From Candidatus Micrarchaeota archaeon (lineage in GTDB: Archaea; Micrarchaeota; Micrarchaeia; Micrarchaeales; CABMGC01), in the NCBI GenBank assembly GCA_021810375.1, contig JAJZJB010000001.1, forward strand, positions 1-53,755: a DNA stretch of 53,755 nt, in the 5' to 3' direction. Of this stretch, positions 27,064 through 37,233 are shown one piece after another. The notes beneath the pieces are model-generated. The model did no database searches and was not told the DNA's origin. It worked only from the letters and a program-made list of their open reading frames with translations. Each line of letters opens with the position of its first letter. Position 1 is the stretch's first letter. The position numbers were made by a program, and so were the translations under genes.

Positions 27064-28035
27064 ATGGTAACCATGAGAAAAGGCTCCCTGGAATTCTGGC
27101 CTCACAGGAGAGCTAAGAGGCAGATGCCAAGAGTGAGGTCTTGGCCTTCAGTAGCTGAGCCTGGCTTCCTCGGATTCGTAGGCGTCAAGGCAGGGATGAC
27201 GCACATAGCCATGGTTGACGACTCAGAGTCTCCTGCAAAAGGTACCGAGATTGTAAGGGCAGTTACAGTAATAGAGATGCCCAGAGTCTACCTCTATGGC
27301 ATTAGGGCATACAGGACTAATTATCTTTACAACCAACCGTTCGCCGAGGCTTATGACACAAACCTTGCAAAACGCGTCGGAATAAACGCAATAAAAAGGA
27401 ATGACCTGCAGGCGCTCAAGGCCAAGGCCGGCGAGTTTAACGATATCCGTGCCTTGCTGTTCGTCGATTATGGGAACCTTGGCACAGGCAACAAACGCAT
27501 AATGCGCTTCGAGACGCCTGTTGGTGGCAAGGACAATGCAGACAAGTTCGGATTCATAGAGAAGTGGATCGGCAAGGAGATAAAGATAGGCGATGTGCTC
27601 AATGTCGGGGATTACATAGATATAACGGCCATAACAAAAGGGAAGGGATGGTCCGGGGTAATAAAGAGATTCGGAGTGGCACGGCAATACAGGAAGGCCA
27701 CAGGAAAGGTGCGCCATGTTGGAGTACTTGGAGCATGGCACCCGGCAAAGGTTCTTTATACAGTCCCTCACGCAGGGCACATGGGTTACAATTATAGGAC
27801 AGAGATAAACAAGAGGATAGTCAAGGTTGGCACAGCTGCGGATGCAGCCACAATAAACGTGAGCGGCGGATTCCCAAATTTCGGCGTTATAAAGAACGAC
27901 TTTATCGTAGTCGATGGTTCAATACCTGGGCCGGCGAAGCGCATGCTCAGGATACGTAAGGCACTTAGGAACAAGGAGAAGGTCAAGGTGCCTCAGGTAA
28001 ACTATGTCTCGGTGGCATCTAAACAGGGCGCATAA
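27064..28035 (+). CDS. rpl3: 50S ribosomal protein L3
   Basis: RKGSLEFWP, KAGMTH, TKGKGWSGVIKRFG, GHMGYNYRTE, GSIPGPAKR. Confidence 0.97.
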   Translation: MVTMRKGSLEFWPHRRAKRQMPRVRSWPSVAEPGFLGFVGVKAGMTHIAMVDDSESPAKGTEIVRAVTVIEMPRVYLYGIRAYRTNYLYNQPFAEAYDTNLAKRVGINAIKRNDLQALKAKAGEFNDIRALLFVDYGNLGTGNKRIMRFETPVGGKDNADKFGFIEKWIGKEIKIGDVLNVGDYIDITAITKGKGWSGVIKRFGVARQYRKATGKVRHVGVLGAWHPAKVLYTVPHAGHMGYNYRTEINKRIVKVGTAADAATINVSGGFPNFGVIKNDFIVVDGSIPGPAKRMLRIRKALRNKEKVKVPQVNYVSVASKQGA

Positions 28036-28037
28036 TC

Positions 28038-28847
28038 ATGGATGTAACATTATATCAGCTTGATGGGAAGGGCACGAGGAGCGTTTCGCTGCCTGTGGTA
28101 TTCTCAGGAGAATACCGGGCAGACCTGCTCAGGAGGGCACTGCTTGCAGAGCAGAGCCTTTCGTACCAGCCGCAGGCACATTCAGTGATGGCAGGTATTG
28201 ACACCACTGCAGTATACGTAGGAAAGTACAGCGCCAACTGGAGAAGAGGCAGACACATGGGGCAGGCAATAAGGCCAAGGCAGGCTCTCGGAGGCGGCGC
28301 ACAGGGAGATGTAAGGAGGATACCTTCTGCCACAAAGGGAAGGAGGGCACACCCGCACAAGCTCGAGAGGAAGATCGTGGAGAATATAAACAGGAAGGAA
28401 TACATAAGGGCGCTGGAATCTGCAATAGCCGGATGCGCAAATACCGAGGTAGTAAAGCTCAACCATTCGTTCAAGGGCTCATTGCCTATAGTGATAGAAG
28501 ACGCGATAGAGAAAGTCGCAATGACCAAGGACCTGATCAGGACCCTAGATGCCCTGGGACTTGACGAGGAACTGGAAAGGTCGCACTCGCCATCCAGGAG
28601 AAAGGGGATAAGAAGATCATCGAAGCAGAGGAAGTTCAGGAAGAACGTACTCATAATAGCTGCAAACGCAGGGAAGATAGAAAGAGCAGGAAGGAACATA
28701 CCCGGCCTGGACGTATGCAGCGTATCGTCACTTACTGTAGAGAAGCTTGCACCGGGATCAAACCCCAGGGTCACGATCTGGAGCGAGAGCGCAGTGAAGT
28801 CGATAGAGAAAACGCTCAAGGATGAGAAGATAGGGATAAAGGCTTGA
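28038..28847 (+). CDS. rpl4: 50S ribosomal protein L4
   Basis: GRRAHP, INRKE, RNIPGLDV, LAPG; operon position. Confidence 0.95.
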   Translation: MDVTLYQLDGKGTRSVSLPVVFSGEYRADLLRRALLAEQSLSYQPQAHSVMAGIDTTAVYVGKYSANWRRGRHMGQAIRPRQALGGGAQGDVRRIPSATKGRRAHPHKLERKIVENINRKEYIRALESAIAGCANTEVVKLNHSFKGSLPIVIEDAIEKVAMTKDLIRTLDALGLDEELERSHSPSRRKGIRRSSKQRKFRKNVLIIAANAGKIERAGRNIPGLDVCSVSSLTVEKLAPGSNPRVTIWSESAVKSIEKTLKDEKIGIKA

Positions 28848-28852
28848 TTTCC

Positions 28853-29104
28853 ATGAATGCGCTCTTGTACCCGATAGCAACGGAAAAGGTTCTTGGCTCT
28901 GTGGATAGGGATAACACCATAGTTTATGTAGTGGATATGAGATCCAACAAGAAGCAGATAAAGGAGGAATTCGAGAAGACTTTCGGAGTCAAGGTTGCAA
29001 GGATAAACACTTCAATAAGCATAAAGAACATAAAGAAGGCTTACATAAGGATAGGCAAGGAGTCTAAGGCAAGCGACATCGCGAGAAGACTGAAGCTGGT
29101 ATGA
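28853..29104 (+). CDS. rpl23: 50S ribosomal protein L23
   Basis: YPIATEK, NKKQIKEEFEKTFGVKV, KKAYI. Confidence 0.95.
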   Translation: MNALLYPIATEKVLGSVDRDNTIVYVVDMRSNKKQIKEEFEKTFGVKVARINTSISIKNIKKAYIRIGKESKASDIARRLKLV

Positions 29105-29114
29105 GTTGATATTA

Positions 29115-29834
29115 ATGGGAAAACCAATTAGAGTGCAACGAAGGGGAAAGGGAAGCCACTCATTCACTACGCCGCCGAACACATTCAAGGCAGATGTTGC
29201 TTTCGGCAGGCCCGTTGAGGAGGGGAAGCAGGTAGGCGAGGTCATAGAGTTCATAGACGACCCGGGACATTCTGCCCCGCTCATGAAGGTGAAATACGAT
29301 GACCTACGGGAAAACATACTGCTTGCACCTGAAGGGATCAGGATAGGGGACAGGATACAGGAAGGCAAAGCAGCAGATGTCTCGCTTGGAAGCATACTGC
29401 AATTAGGCAGCATACCCGATGGGATGCTGATTTACAATATAGAAGTGGTCCCGGGAGACGGGGGCAAGATGGCAAGGGCATCAGGAAGCTATGCCACGGT
29501 CCTTGCCCACGATGGCGACAAGGTAAATGTAATGCTTCCCTCAAAGCGCACGCTTTACATAAGTGCAGCGTGCAGGGCAGAGATAGGAGCCGTCGCTGGA
29601 GGCGGAAAGGAGGCCCAGCCAATACTCAAGGCGGGAAAGCACCATTATATGATGCATGCGGTCAATGGCTATTGGCCGGGACACCGCGGGGTCAAGTCAA
29701 ATCCAGTAGACCATCCATTCGGAGGCAAGCAGCACCACAAGGGCTTCTCCTCGATGGTCTCGCGCCACGCTCCGCCGGGTGCCAAGGTCGGGCATATTGC
29801 TGCTAGCAGAGTAGGAAGAAGGAAGAGAGGATAA
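29115..29834 (+). CDS. rpl2: 50S ribosomal protein L2
   Basis: MGKPIRVQRRGKG, DPGHSAP, NPVDHPFGG, PPGAKVGHIA. Confidence 0.97.
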   Translation: MGKPIRVQRRGKGSHSFTTPPNTFKADVAFGRPVEEGKQVGEVIEFIDDPGHSAPLMKVKYDDLRENILLAPEGIRIGDRIQEGKAADVSLGSILQLGSIPDGMLIYNIEVVPGDGGKMARASGSYATVLAHDGDKVNVMLPSKRTLYISAACRAEIGAVAGGGKEAQPILKAGKHHYMMHAVNGYWPGHRGVKSNPVDHPFGGKQHHKGFSSMVSRHAPPGAKVGHIAASRVGRRKRG

Positions 29835-29835
29835 C

Positions 29836-30228
29836 ATGGCACGAATATTCACTTTTAGAGGAAAGAATCCGGAAGAGTTCAAGGAGATGAAGCTTGAGCA
29901 ATATCTGCCGCTGATAAATTCAAGGCAGAGGCGCGCGGTCAAGCGCATGGGCATGCAGTACAAGGCATTGGTGGCGGAAGTCGATGATGCAAGGAAGAGC
30001 GGAAGCACAGGCCCGATAAGGACAAGAGTCAGGGAAGCAGTCATATTGCCATCATGGATAGGCATGCGCCTTGCAGTGCACAACGGAAAGGAATACAAGG
30101 AGATGGAGATAAGACCAGAGATGCTCGGACACAGGCTCGGAGAATATTCGTTTTCCACAAAACACGTGCAGCATTCTGCTCCTGGTATCAGGGCAACGCG
30201 TGGCAGCAAGTTCCTAGCGGTGAAATGA
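29836..30228 (+). CDS. rps19: 30S ribosomal protein S19
   Basis: VHNGKEY, PEMLGHRLGEYS, PGIRATRGSKF. Confidence 0.96.
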   Translation: MARIFTFRGKNPEEFKEMKLEQYLPLINSRQRRAVKRMGMQYKALVAEVDDARKSGSTGPIRTRVREAVILPSWIGMRLAVHNGKEYKEMEIRPEMLGHRLGEYSFSTKHVQHSAPGIRATRGSKFLAVK

Positions 30229-30851
30229 TGAAGTACTCGTTCAACCAAGACAGGGAAGGCTTAGTATTCGCGCAGCGCTACGACATGAACGTGAGCTTCA
30301 AGGACCTTGTTGCTGTATGCGATGCCATTAGGTACCAGAGGGCGGGAAGGGCACTGGACACGCTGGATGGCATAATAACAATGGAAATGCCTGTACTTTA
30401 CAAGAGATATTCAAAACACATGGGCGCAAGGCATGAGCTCGGCGGAAGGAAAGGCAGATATCCGGTAAAAGCGGCAAAGGAAGTGAGGCTTGCGATACTC
30501 AATGCCATAGGCAACGCGAAGAACAAGGGGCTTGACGGGGAAGAGATGCTAATAGTCCATTCCTCTGCGAATAAGACAAGGATCGAGAGGAGATATCCAT
30601 CAAAAGGGAGTATAAGCTGGGGGCGCGGAATGTACGGCAGGGGAGCGATAAACCACAGCGACATAGAGTATGCGAAGTTGGAGATAGCTCTTGGCAATGG
30701 AGATGAGAAAGGAGTCACTGAAAATATGAGATACTTTATAAAGCGGAGAGAGAGGAGGGCAAGTGCTGCGGGAAAGAAGGAACCGAAGGCTGTGAAGCCC
30801 AAGAAGCAGGAAAAGCCAGCCGAGAAGGAAAAGGCAAAGGTAACGGAATGA
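30228..30851 (+). CDS. rpl22: 50S ribosomal protein L22
   Basis: VSFKDLVAVCDAIR, GRYPVKAA, NAKNKGLD; start at the ATG at 30225 or 30228. Confidence 0.93.
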   Translation: MKYSFNQDREGLVFAQRYDMNVSFKDLVAVCDAIRYQRAGRALDTLDGIITMEMPVLYKRYSKHMGARHELGGRKGRYPVKAAKEVRLAILNAIGNAKNKGLDGEEMLIVHSSANKTRIERRYPSKGSISWGRGMYGRGAINHSDIEYAKLEIALGNGDEKGVTENMRYFIKRRERRASAAGKKEPKAVKPKKQEKPAEKEKAKVTE

Positions 30852-30855
30852 TACT

Positions 30856-31509
30856 ATGGTAGTTGAGAGAAAATTCGTAGAGGACTTGATGATCAAATAC
30901 AGGATCTCCAAGTATCTGGAGAAGGAGCTTATGAGGGCGGGATTCTCCAGGGTAGAGATACAGAAGACACCAGTAATAACAAGGATAACTACATACGTAA
31001 CTAACCCAGGGAGAGTCATAGGCAGGGGCGGCGAGACAATTGATGCTATAACCGAGAGCATGAAGAAGCGTTTCAAGGTAGACAATCCCCAGATAAGCGT
31101 TGCAGAGGTCAAGAACCAGAGGCTTGAGCCGAGGCTCGTAGCTCGTTACATAGCGAACTCTCTGGAGAGGGGAATGAATGCAAGGAGATTGCTGCACTCG
31201 ATGATAAAGGAGATAATGAACAATGGCGCCCTAGGGGCCGAAATAGTAGCCACGGGAAAGCTGGCCGCAAAAGGCGCGCGTGCAAAGCAGATGAAAGTCA
31301 GGCTTGGATACCTGCCGAAGGCAGGCAATGTGACAAAACTCGTTGATGAGGCAAAGGTAACGTCGTATCCGAAGTATGGTGCCATAGGCTTGCAGGTCAG
31401 GATAGTCCAGCCTGGCACGGTCTTCCCGCACATGAAGACCAAGAAACTGGAGCTGCCGAAGAGCATCATGGCTGTAGGAAACGAAAGGGACACGCGGATG
31501 CCAAGGTAA
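30856..31509 (+). CDS. rps3: 30S ribosomal protein S3
   Basis: KH domain PGRVIGRGGETI, GALGAEI, GAIGLQVRI. Confidence 0.96.
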   Translation: MVVERKFVEDLMIKYRISKYLEKELMRAGFSRVEIQKTPVITRITTYVTNPGRVIGRGGETIDAITESMKKRFKVDNPQISVAEVKNQRLEPRLVARYIANSLERGMNARRLLHSMIKEIMNNGALGAEIVATGKLAAKGARAKQMKVRLGYLPKAGNVTKLVDEAKVTSYPKYGAIGLQVRIVQPGTVFPHMKTKKLELPKSIMAVGNERDTRMPR

Positions 31510-31520
31510 CTACGTTAGAG

Positions 31521-31528
31521 TTTATATA
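31521..31528 (+). promoter_or_regulatory. Candidate internal TATA box (TTTATATA) about 27 nt upstream of the rpl29 ATG
   Basis: Consensus TATA in a 45-nt gap; the spacing fits a leaderless transcript. Confidence 0.45.
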
Positions 31529-31554
31529 TGAGGAAAGAGAAATAAGTGTATATT

Positions 31555-31755
31555 ATGAAGATAAAGGAATTGAGAGGACTATCTACTGAGGCGCTTCAGG
31601 TCAGGCTAGGCGAGCTTAGGCTTGAGAGCGGAATAGAAAGGAGAAAGATCGCTTCCACAGGAGTAGCAAGCAAGAAAGGGGCAAAGATAAGGGAAGTGAG
31701 GAGGACAATAGCCCAGATCCAGACCTTGCTTAGGGAGAGAGGTGTCGCATCCTAA
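31555..31755 (+). CDS. rpl29: 50S ribosomal protein L29
   Basis: MKIKELRGLS, IREVRRTIAQIQTLLRE. Confidence 0.92.
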   Translation: MKIKELRGLSTEALQVRLGELRLESGIERRKIASTGVASKKGAKIREVRRTIAQIQTLLRERGVAS

Positions 31756-32060
31756 TGCCAGAGATGTGCCCGAAGTGCGGTCTGCCCAAGGAAATCTGCG
31801 TATGCGAAGTCCTTGACAGGGAGACCAATAGGAGAATCAAGATATACAAGGAGAGAAAGAAGTTCAGGAAATACATGACTGTTGTTTCCGGCCTGTCTGG
31901 GGAGGAGATGGAGAGGACAGCAAAGGAGCTGAAGAGGATACTGGCCTGCGGCGGCACATACAAGAACGGCATGATAGAGTTGCAGGGAGACCACAAAGAC
32001 GCAGCTAAGAAGGCCCTGCTCCAGCTCGGATACCAGGAAGACACAATCGACATGTCCTGA
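31755..32060 (+). CDS. sui1: Translation initiation factor SUI1/aIF1
   Basis: CPKCGLPKEICVCE, LACGGT, IELQGDH. Confidence 0.95.
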   Translation: MPEMCPKCGLPKEICVCEVLDRETNRRIKIYKERKKFRKYMTVVSGLSGEEMERTAKELKRILACGGTYKNGMIELQGDHKDAAKKALLQLGYQEDTIDMS

Positions 32061-32200
32061 TTATCTGTCTGTTCTTTTTCTTGCACCTATGCTGCCCGCA
32101 GAGTGCATGCCAACGGGCAGGACCAGAGCCGCGCAGTGATTTGAAGGTACTATGCAAGGCAAGTGATAAAAGACTGCTATGGCAATCTATTTCTGAGGAA

Positions 32201-34321
32201 ATGAAGATAGAAGAGTTAAGGGACAGGGTCCCTGCAGATTTTATAGAAGCGGCGCTGAGGCAGGGCATAGAGAGGCTCACGCCACCGCAGGAGCTCGCAG
32301 TGGAGAGCGGCCTGCTGGAGGGAAAGAACATCGTAATAGCTGCGCCTACAGCAAGCGGCAAGACACTCATAGCTGAGATGGGCATCATAAAGGCAGTTGT
32401 GAAGGATCATAGGAAAGCAGTGTACATAGCACCTATGCGCGCGCTGGTGAGCGAGAAATATTCCGACTTCAAGAAGCAGTATCCGCACCTGAGGATAGCA
32501 ATGTCGATAGGAGACCTGGACTCGCTGGACCACTGGCTTGCCGAATACGACATCATACTCGCGTCTACGGAGAAGCTGGACAGCCTGATCAGGCACGGGG
32601 CCGACTGGCTTGGAAGCATAGGCTGCATAGTTATTGACGAGGTGCACATGCTGGACGATCCGGGAAGGGGGCCCACGCTCGAAGTCCTAGTCTCCAGGCT
32701 CAGGAGGATATGCAAGAATGCCCAATTCATCGCGCTGAGCGCCACAGTGGGCAATGCCAACGAGATAGCAGACTGGCTTAAGGCAGGGCTCATAGAAAGC
32801 GATTACAGGCCCGTTCTCCTTGAGAAAGGCATCGAGTTTAATTCTCGTGTATATTACAGCGAGAAAGAGGAGGAATTGGAAGGCACGCACAGGATCCCGG
32901 AGATGAGGATAACGCAGGATACGCTGGAGAAAGGGAAACAGATACTCCTTTTCTACAGCACCAAGAGGAACACCGAGTCGGGAGCGGAGAAGCTTGGCGA
33001 CGTTGTACCACGATACCTGAAGGAGAGCGAGAAGGCGGAGTTGAAGGAATTGGCAAACCGGATCCTCCATTCGCTGGACAGGCCGACAGCACAGTGCGAG
33101 AAGCTAGCCAGGGACATTGAGAAAGGCACTGCCTTCCACCACAGCGGGTTGGTGAATGAACAACGCAGGCTTATAGAAGACGCTTTCAGGGCAGGCATGC
33201 TGAAGGCCATATGCTCCACGACAACGCTGGGCCTCGGGGTGAACCTTCCGGCCCACACAGTAGTGGTCAGGGATACCACAAGATACAGCGAGGGTGAAGG
33301 ATCCGAGAGGATAAGCGTAAACGAGGTGACGCAGCTCTTCGGGCGTGCCGGCAGGCCCAAGTACGACAAGTATGGCAGGGCGCTCCTCATCGCTAAATCA
33401 AGGAATGAGATAGAGGATCTCTATAACAGGTACATTTCGGCGCAGCTCGAGCCCGTGGTCTCGAAACTCGGGGTGCTGCCCATATTGAGGACGCATATAT
33501 TGGCATTCGTTGCCACCAAGTTCCTCACTAACGAGGATTCCATATTGGGATTCCTCAGCGAGACACTTTACGGATACCAGTATTCCAGCATGTCGGAGTT
33601 GAGGTCGATAACTAGGGAGGTGCTAACAGAGCTTGCGAACTGGGGGTTCGTTGAGAGGAAGGGTAGTGTGTATAGCACTACAAGGATAGGGGAACGAGTC
33701 AGCGAACTTTACATAGATCCGCTCTCGGCAAGATGGATACTCGACTCGCTCATGAAGGAGCGCGATGACATAGCCAACCTTTTCATGATAACAAATACTG
33801 TGGAGATGAGGCCGTACATGAAGCCCACTGACGATGCTGCGGAGGCATTCATGCACTACCAGTACATGCTGAACAACACTTCCGTCAACTATGATTCCGA
33901 GGAGCTCGTGTTCTATGACCCGATAAAGCCGCTGAGCACTGCGCTTATGCTCCACATGTGGGTAAACGAGATAACAGAGCAGGACCTTACCAAGGCATAC
34001 TCGACAACTCCGGGAGCCATATTTGCAAAGATAACAAATGCGGACTGGCTGCTTTATGCGGCTGCAGAGCTGGGCAAACTTGCCAGGGTGAACACGCGGC
34101 CGTTGCTCGAGCTTAGGATAAGGATGAAGTACGGGATAAAGAAGGAACTTACAGACCTTGTGCGCCTGCAGCAGGTAGGACGCGTGAGGGCAAGGCTGCT
34201 CTACAGCAACGGCATAAGGGGCGTTTCAGACCTCAGGAAGGAGGATTCGCCTGCAATAGTGGAAAGGCTCTTTGGCAAGGAACTCTCGCTCAGGATACTC
34301 GAACAGGTAAAGACCTTGTAG
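32201..34321 (+). CDS. hel308: Ski2-like DNA helicase Hel308
   Basis: LTPPQ, APTASGKT, IDEVH, ALSAT, AFHHSGL, TTLGLGVNLPA, QLFGRAGRP, VGRVRARLLY. Confidence 0.95.
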   Translation: MKIEELRDRVPADFIEAALRQGIERLTPPQELAVESGLLEGKNIVIAAPTASGKTLIAEMGIIKAVVKDHRKAVYIAPMRALVSEKYSDFKKQYPHLRIAMSIGDLDSLDHWLAEYDIILASTEKLDSLIRHGADWLGSIGCIVIDEVHMLDDPGRGPTLEVLVSRLRRICKNAQFIALSATVGNANEIADWLKAGLIESDYRPVLLEKGIEFNSRVYYSEKEEELEGTHRIPEMRITQDTLEKGKQILLFYSTKRNTESGAEKLGDVVPRYLKESEKAELKELANRILHSLDRPTAQCEKLARDIEKGTAFHHSGLVNEQRRLIEDAFRAGMLKAICSTTTLGLGVNLPAHTVVVRDTTRYSEGEGSERISVNEVTQLFGRAGRPKYDKYGRALLIAKSRNEIEDLYNRYISAQLEPVVSKLGVLPILRTHILAFVATKFLTNEDSILGFLSETLYGYQYSSMSELRSITREVLTELANWGFVERKGSVYSTTRIGERVSELYIDPLSARWILDSLMKERDDIANLFMITNTVEMRPYMKPTDDAAEAFMHYQYMLNNTSVNYDSEELVFYDPIKPLSTALMLHMWVNEITEQDLTKAYSTTPGAIFAKITNADWLLYAAAELGKLARVNTRPLLELRIRMKYGIKKELTDLVRLQQVGRVRARLLYSNGIRGVSDLRKEDSPAIVERLFGKELSLRILEQVKTL

Positions 34322-34370
34322 GCAAGTATATGGTTTCTTATTCCTTGCGCTTGGTAGTTAATAGAGGCCC

Positions 34371-34883
34371 ATGGAGCCAGTCGAGAGCATACGAAAAGCC
34401 CAGTCAGCTATGGAATACCTGATGACCTATGGCTGGGCCCTGCTGATAATAACCATAGCTATGGGTGTGCTCTTCTACCTCGACTTCTTCAACGGCGTAG
34501 CAACAGTTCAGTCAACATGCATATCCTCGACAGGGTATTTGTGTACGGGCCTCACCATAAATTCCACAGGCTATGCCATAGTAACCTTAGGGCAGACTGG
34601 AGGATACCCAATCACAGTTACAGGGATTGCATGTACTAATAGCACCACGCCTCCGTCGACGTTTGTCTCGATCTCCGGAGCGATATTGCAGGATACAGGC
34701 ACATCCAAGTTCGTATTCCAATGCCCCGGAGCTGCAGGCCCCATAGGCAAGGCATATAGAGGATACTTATGGATGGTGTATGATACCGAGTCACAATCAG
34801 ATTTAGTAGTAAGAATAGCCACCTTCAGCGCGCAGGTTGTCACCAATGCAGGTATGGGAACGGGATTTGGCTCAAATACATGA
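34371..34883 (+). CDS. Class III signal peptide (type IV pilin-like) protein
   Basis: RKAQSAMEYLMTYGWALLII; Cys-containing pilin body similar to the N-terminus of the 1405-aa protein. Confidence 0.85.
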   Translation: MEPVESIRKAQSAMEYLMTYGWALLIITIAMGVLFYLDFFNGVATVQSTCISSTGYLCTGLTINSTGYAIVTLGQTGGYPITVTGIACTNSTTPPSTFVSISGAILQDTGTSKFVFQCPGAAGPIGKAYRGYLWMVYDTESQSDLVVRIATFSAQVVTNAGMGTGFGSNT

Positions 34884-35155
34884 GATGTTATCTGTCCAGG
34901 CAGCATAGGCACTTTTACCCGACAACAGTAACTTATACAACGTATGACTGCAGTGGGAATGCCGGAACATAAGGGCCCTGTGTCTCAGGAAACGGTGGTT
35001 CCGGAGGTAGCAATGGCGGGAATGGCGCCAATGGAGATGCTTCTTACGCGCTATGAGGTACAGGTAGCGGCAATGGTGCAGGAGGTGCAGAGTACAGTGG
35101 GGGAAACGGGGGGAGCGTTACTCTGAGCTGGGCAGGTGCAGACTGTCCGATATAG
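34884..35155 (+). pseudogene. Decayed glycine-rich C-terminal extension of the pilin
   Basis: A shifted frame reads TVTYTTYDCSGNAGT*GPCVSGNGGSGGSNGGNGANGDASYAL*GTGSGNGAGGAEYSGGNGGSVTLSWAGADCPI*. Confidence 0.6.
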
Positions 35156-35284
35156 CAGTGCACGCGTTTTCCGACGTTATAGGCATATGGCCAGGTATTT
35201 ACCTCGGTAATTCCCCTATCACCCTCGGAGAGAAAGAATTATAAAAGCAATTGTCGTAGTAATCGCAGGCGATTGGTGATAAGA

Positions 35285-35656
35285 ATGGGAGTTTTCGACA
35301 AGCTTGGGCAGACATTTGGTTCTGCGAAGGAGATAAACGTAGAGGACTATATGAATTCGGTAGAGATGGACGACGTCGACTTGCTGCATGAACCTGCAGA
35401 CATGTACGTTAAGCCTGTTTCTCTGGTAAGCGAGGACGATGTGAAGCCCATAGAAGAGGAGCTGGGGAAGAAGAATATCCTGCTCCTTGACCTGACTGAG
35501 CTTAACAAGAGGCCTACGACAAAGGGCAACATAATATCAGAGCTGAAGAGATATGTCGACAAGATAAACGGCGATATAGGCCAGCTTGATGCAAACAGGA
35601 TACTTGTTACACCTGCAAAGGTAAAGATAGTGAAGAGGAAGAAGGACGGCAAGTAG
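35285..35656 (+). CDS. sepf: Cell division protein SepF
   Basis: NILLLDL, ELKRYVDKINGDIGQL, ILVTPAKVKI. Confidence 0.88.
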   Translation: MGVFDKLGQTFGSAKEINVEDYMNSVEMDDVDLLHEPADMYVKPVSLVSEDDVKPIEEELGKKNILLLDLTELNKRPTTKGNIISELKRYVDKINGDIGQLDANRILVTPAKVKIVKRKKDGK

Positions 35657-36349
35657 TCATTTCAGAGCTGTTATGAGCGCATGGACCTCCTGCCTGCTAG
35701 GCTGTGCTTTGGATATGGTTCTTTTGAACACGCTCATGACAGCCTTTCTATTCCTTATATTTTTTCCTTTCAGCGTAAGTTCAAAGAGCGAATAGAGGTG
35801 CTCTAGTTCCTTTCTATCCGGTATCTGTTGGCTCATCCCTGGCCTTGGCCTTGAAAAGCTCCTGCTGGTCAGGACATAAAGCATTATTGCAAGCGCGTGG
35901 GATATGTTCAGCACAGGATATGCGGGGTTCGTGCCTATATACGCCACAATATCGCACTTGCCCAGCTCTTCTACCGTGAGTCCTGTATCGTCCCTGCCTA
36001 TGGCAAGACCTATGACCCCATCCTTCCTGATCTTCCTGCCTTGCACTCTTTTTATCGCTTCTTCAAGCATATAGACCTTGTTGAAGTCGGAGCGGGCTTT
36101 CTCCCATATGCCTGTTGTTCCAATGACAAGGTCGCAGTCCCTTATAGACTCGTCGAAAGTCTCATAGACCCGCGCGTGAGCAAGCAGCTCCCGGGCATGC
36201 TTGGCATACATGATCGACTTTGTTCCGGAGAGCTTGGCCCTGGGCTTCACGAAAGAGAGCCTCCTTATGCCGAAGTTCTTTGATACCCGCGCCATGTATC
36301 CCAGGTTTATCTGGTACTTGGGGCTTACCGCTATGACCTTTATGTTCAC
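35657..36349 (-). CDS. trmJ: TrmJ/LasT-type SPOUT tRNA methyltransferase
   Basis: PKYQINLGYMARVSKNFG, IGRDDTGL, YPVLNISHA. Confidence 0.85.
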   Translation of the reverse strand: MNIKVIAVSPKYQINLGYMARVSKNFGIRRLSFVKPRAKLSGTKSIMYAKHARELLAHARVYETFDESIRDCDLVIGTTGIWEKARSDFNKVYMLEEAIKRVQGRKIRKDGVIGLAIGRDDTGLTVEELGKCDIVAYIGTNPAYPVLNISHALAIMLYVLTSRSFSRPRPGMSQQIPDRKELEHLYSLFELTLKGKNIRNRKAVMSVFKRTISKAQPSRQEVHALITALK

Positions 36350-37062
36350 GCCAGCACCATGAAGGTAAGGAGTATGGTTAATGTATTGACAAGTATGTGC
36401 GCTATGATCGATGGATATAGGGAATTGGTCCTCTTGTAGACATAACCAGCTAGCACTCCGAAAATGAGTGCGGCTATGACCTCTATGCCAAATGACGAGT
36501 TATAGGTCACGTGTCCCGCTGCGAAGATCAGTGCGCTCAGTATTATGCCTATCCTGGGCACGAGAAAACCCCTGAAGAGTATCTCCTCGTTTATAGGGGC
36601 TATGAGCGAGGTAAAGACGTAGAACCATACCGGGGCCGATGCGAAAAGCACATTGACATTGCTGTTTATCGGCGTGTTAGTAACTACGCTTATTATACCA
36701 ACAATCAACTCAAGCACGAAGATCGCTATGAAAAGGAGTACCCCGATGAGTATCCTGTTTATCCCGAAGACTCCTTTTCCCTTAAGCCCCACGCTTGCTG
36801 CAATGGAGCCAAGGCTCTGCTTCTTGTAGAATACGAAATAGCAGAGGACAGATAAGGAAAAAGACATTGAGAGAGTTGCGTCGGATACAAACATGAGCGA
36901 ATTATAGCTCATATATCCGGAGTAGTAGAAATAGAGCGCCGGAACCGTGAATATTACGTTAAGTACAAGGAATATGGCCAGAAAGACAATTATGCCAATG
37001 AACTTTCCGAAATAATCGGTTTTAGTTTTCCTCGCAGTCCTCTTGGCCAATGATTTCACCAA
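36346..37062 (-). CDS. CAAX protease / CPBP family intramembrane metalloprotease
   Basis: EEILFRG, FAAGH, IIAHILVN; multiple transmembrane segments. Confidence 0.9.
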   Translation of the reverse strand: MVKSLAKRTARKTKTDYFGKFIGIIVFLAIFLVLNVIFTVPALYFYYSGYMSYNSLMFVSDATLSMSFSLSVLCYFVFYKKQSLGSIAASVGLKGKGVFGINRILIGVLLFIAIFVLELIVGIISVVTNTPINSNVNVLFASAPVWFYVFTSLIAPINEEILFRGFLVPRIGIILSALIFAAGHVTYNSSFGIEVIAALIFGVLAGYVYKRTNSLYPSIIAHILVNTLTILLTFMVLA

Positions 37063-37218
37063 TTACTTGCTGGGCTTCCATTCGGTATAGCCGCACTTCC
37101 CGCATGCTAGCCTGTCCTTGTGGTCTGCCATCCTGGCTCCGCACTTGACGCAGAACTTTGACGCGGGCTTATATGCCTTTGGCTTCTTTTTAGGTTTTTC
37201 CTGTGATTTTTCTGCCAT
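37063..37218 (-). CDS. rps27ae: 30S ribosomal protein S27ae (not in the ORF track, 51 aa)
   Basis: [51 protein letters not shown]; follows rps24e. Confidence 0.93.
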   Translation of the reverse strand: MAEKSQEKPKKKPKAYKPASKFCVKCGARMADHKDRLACGKCGYTEWKPSK

Positions 37219-37233
37219 GGATCATCACTTGTA

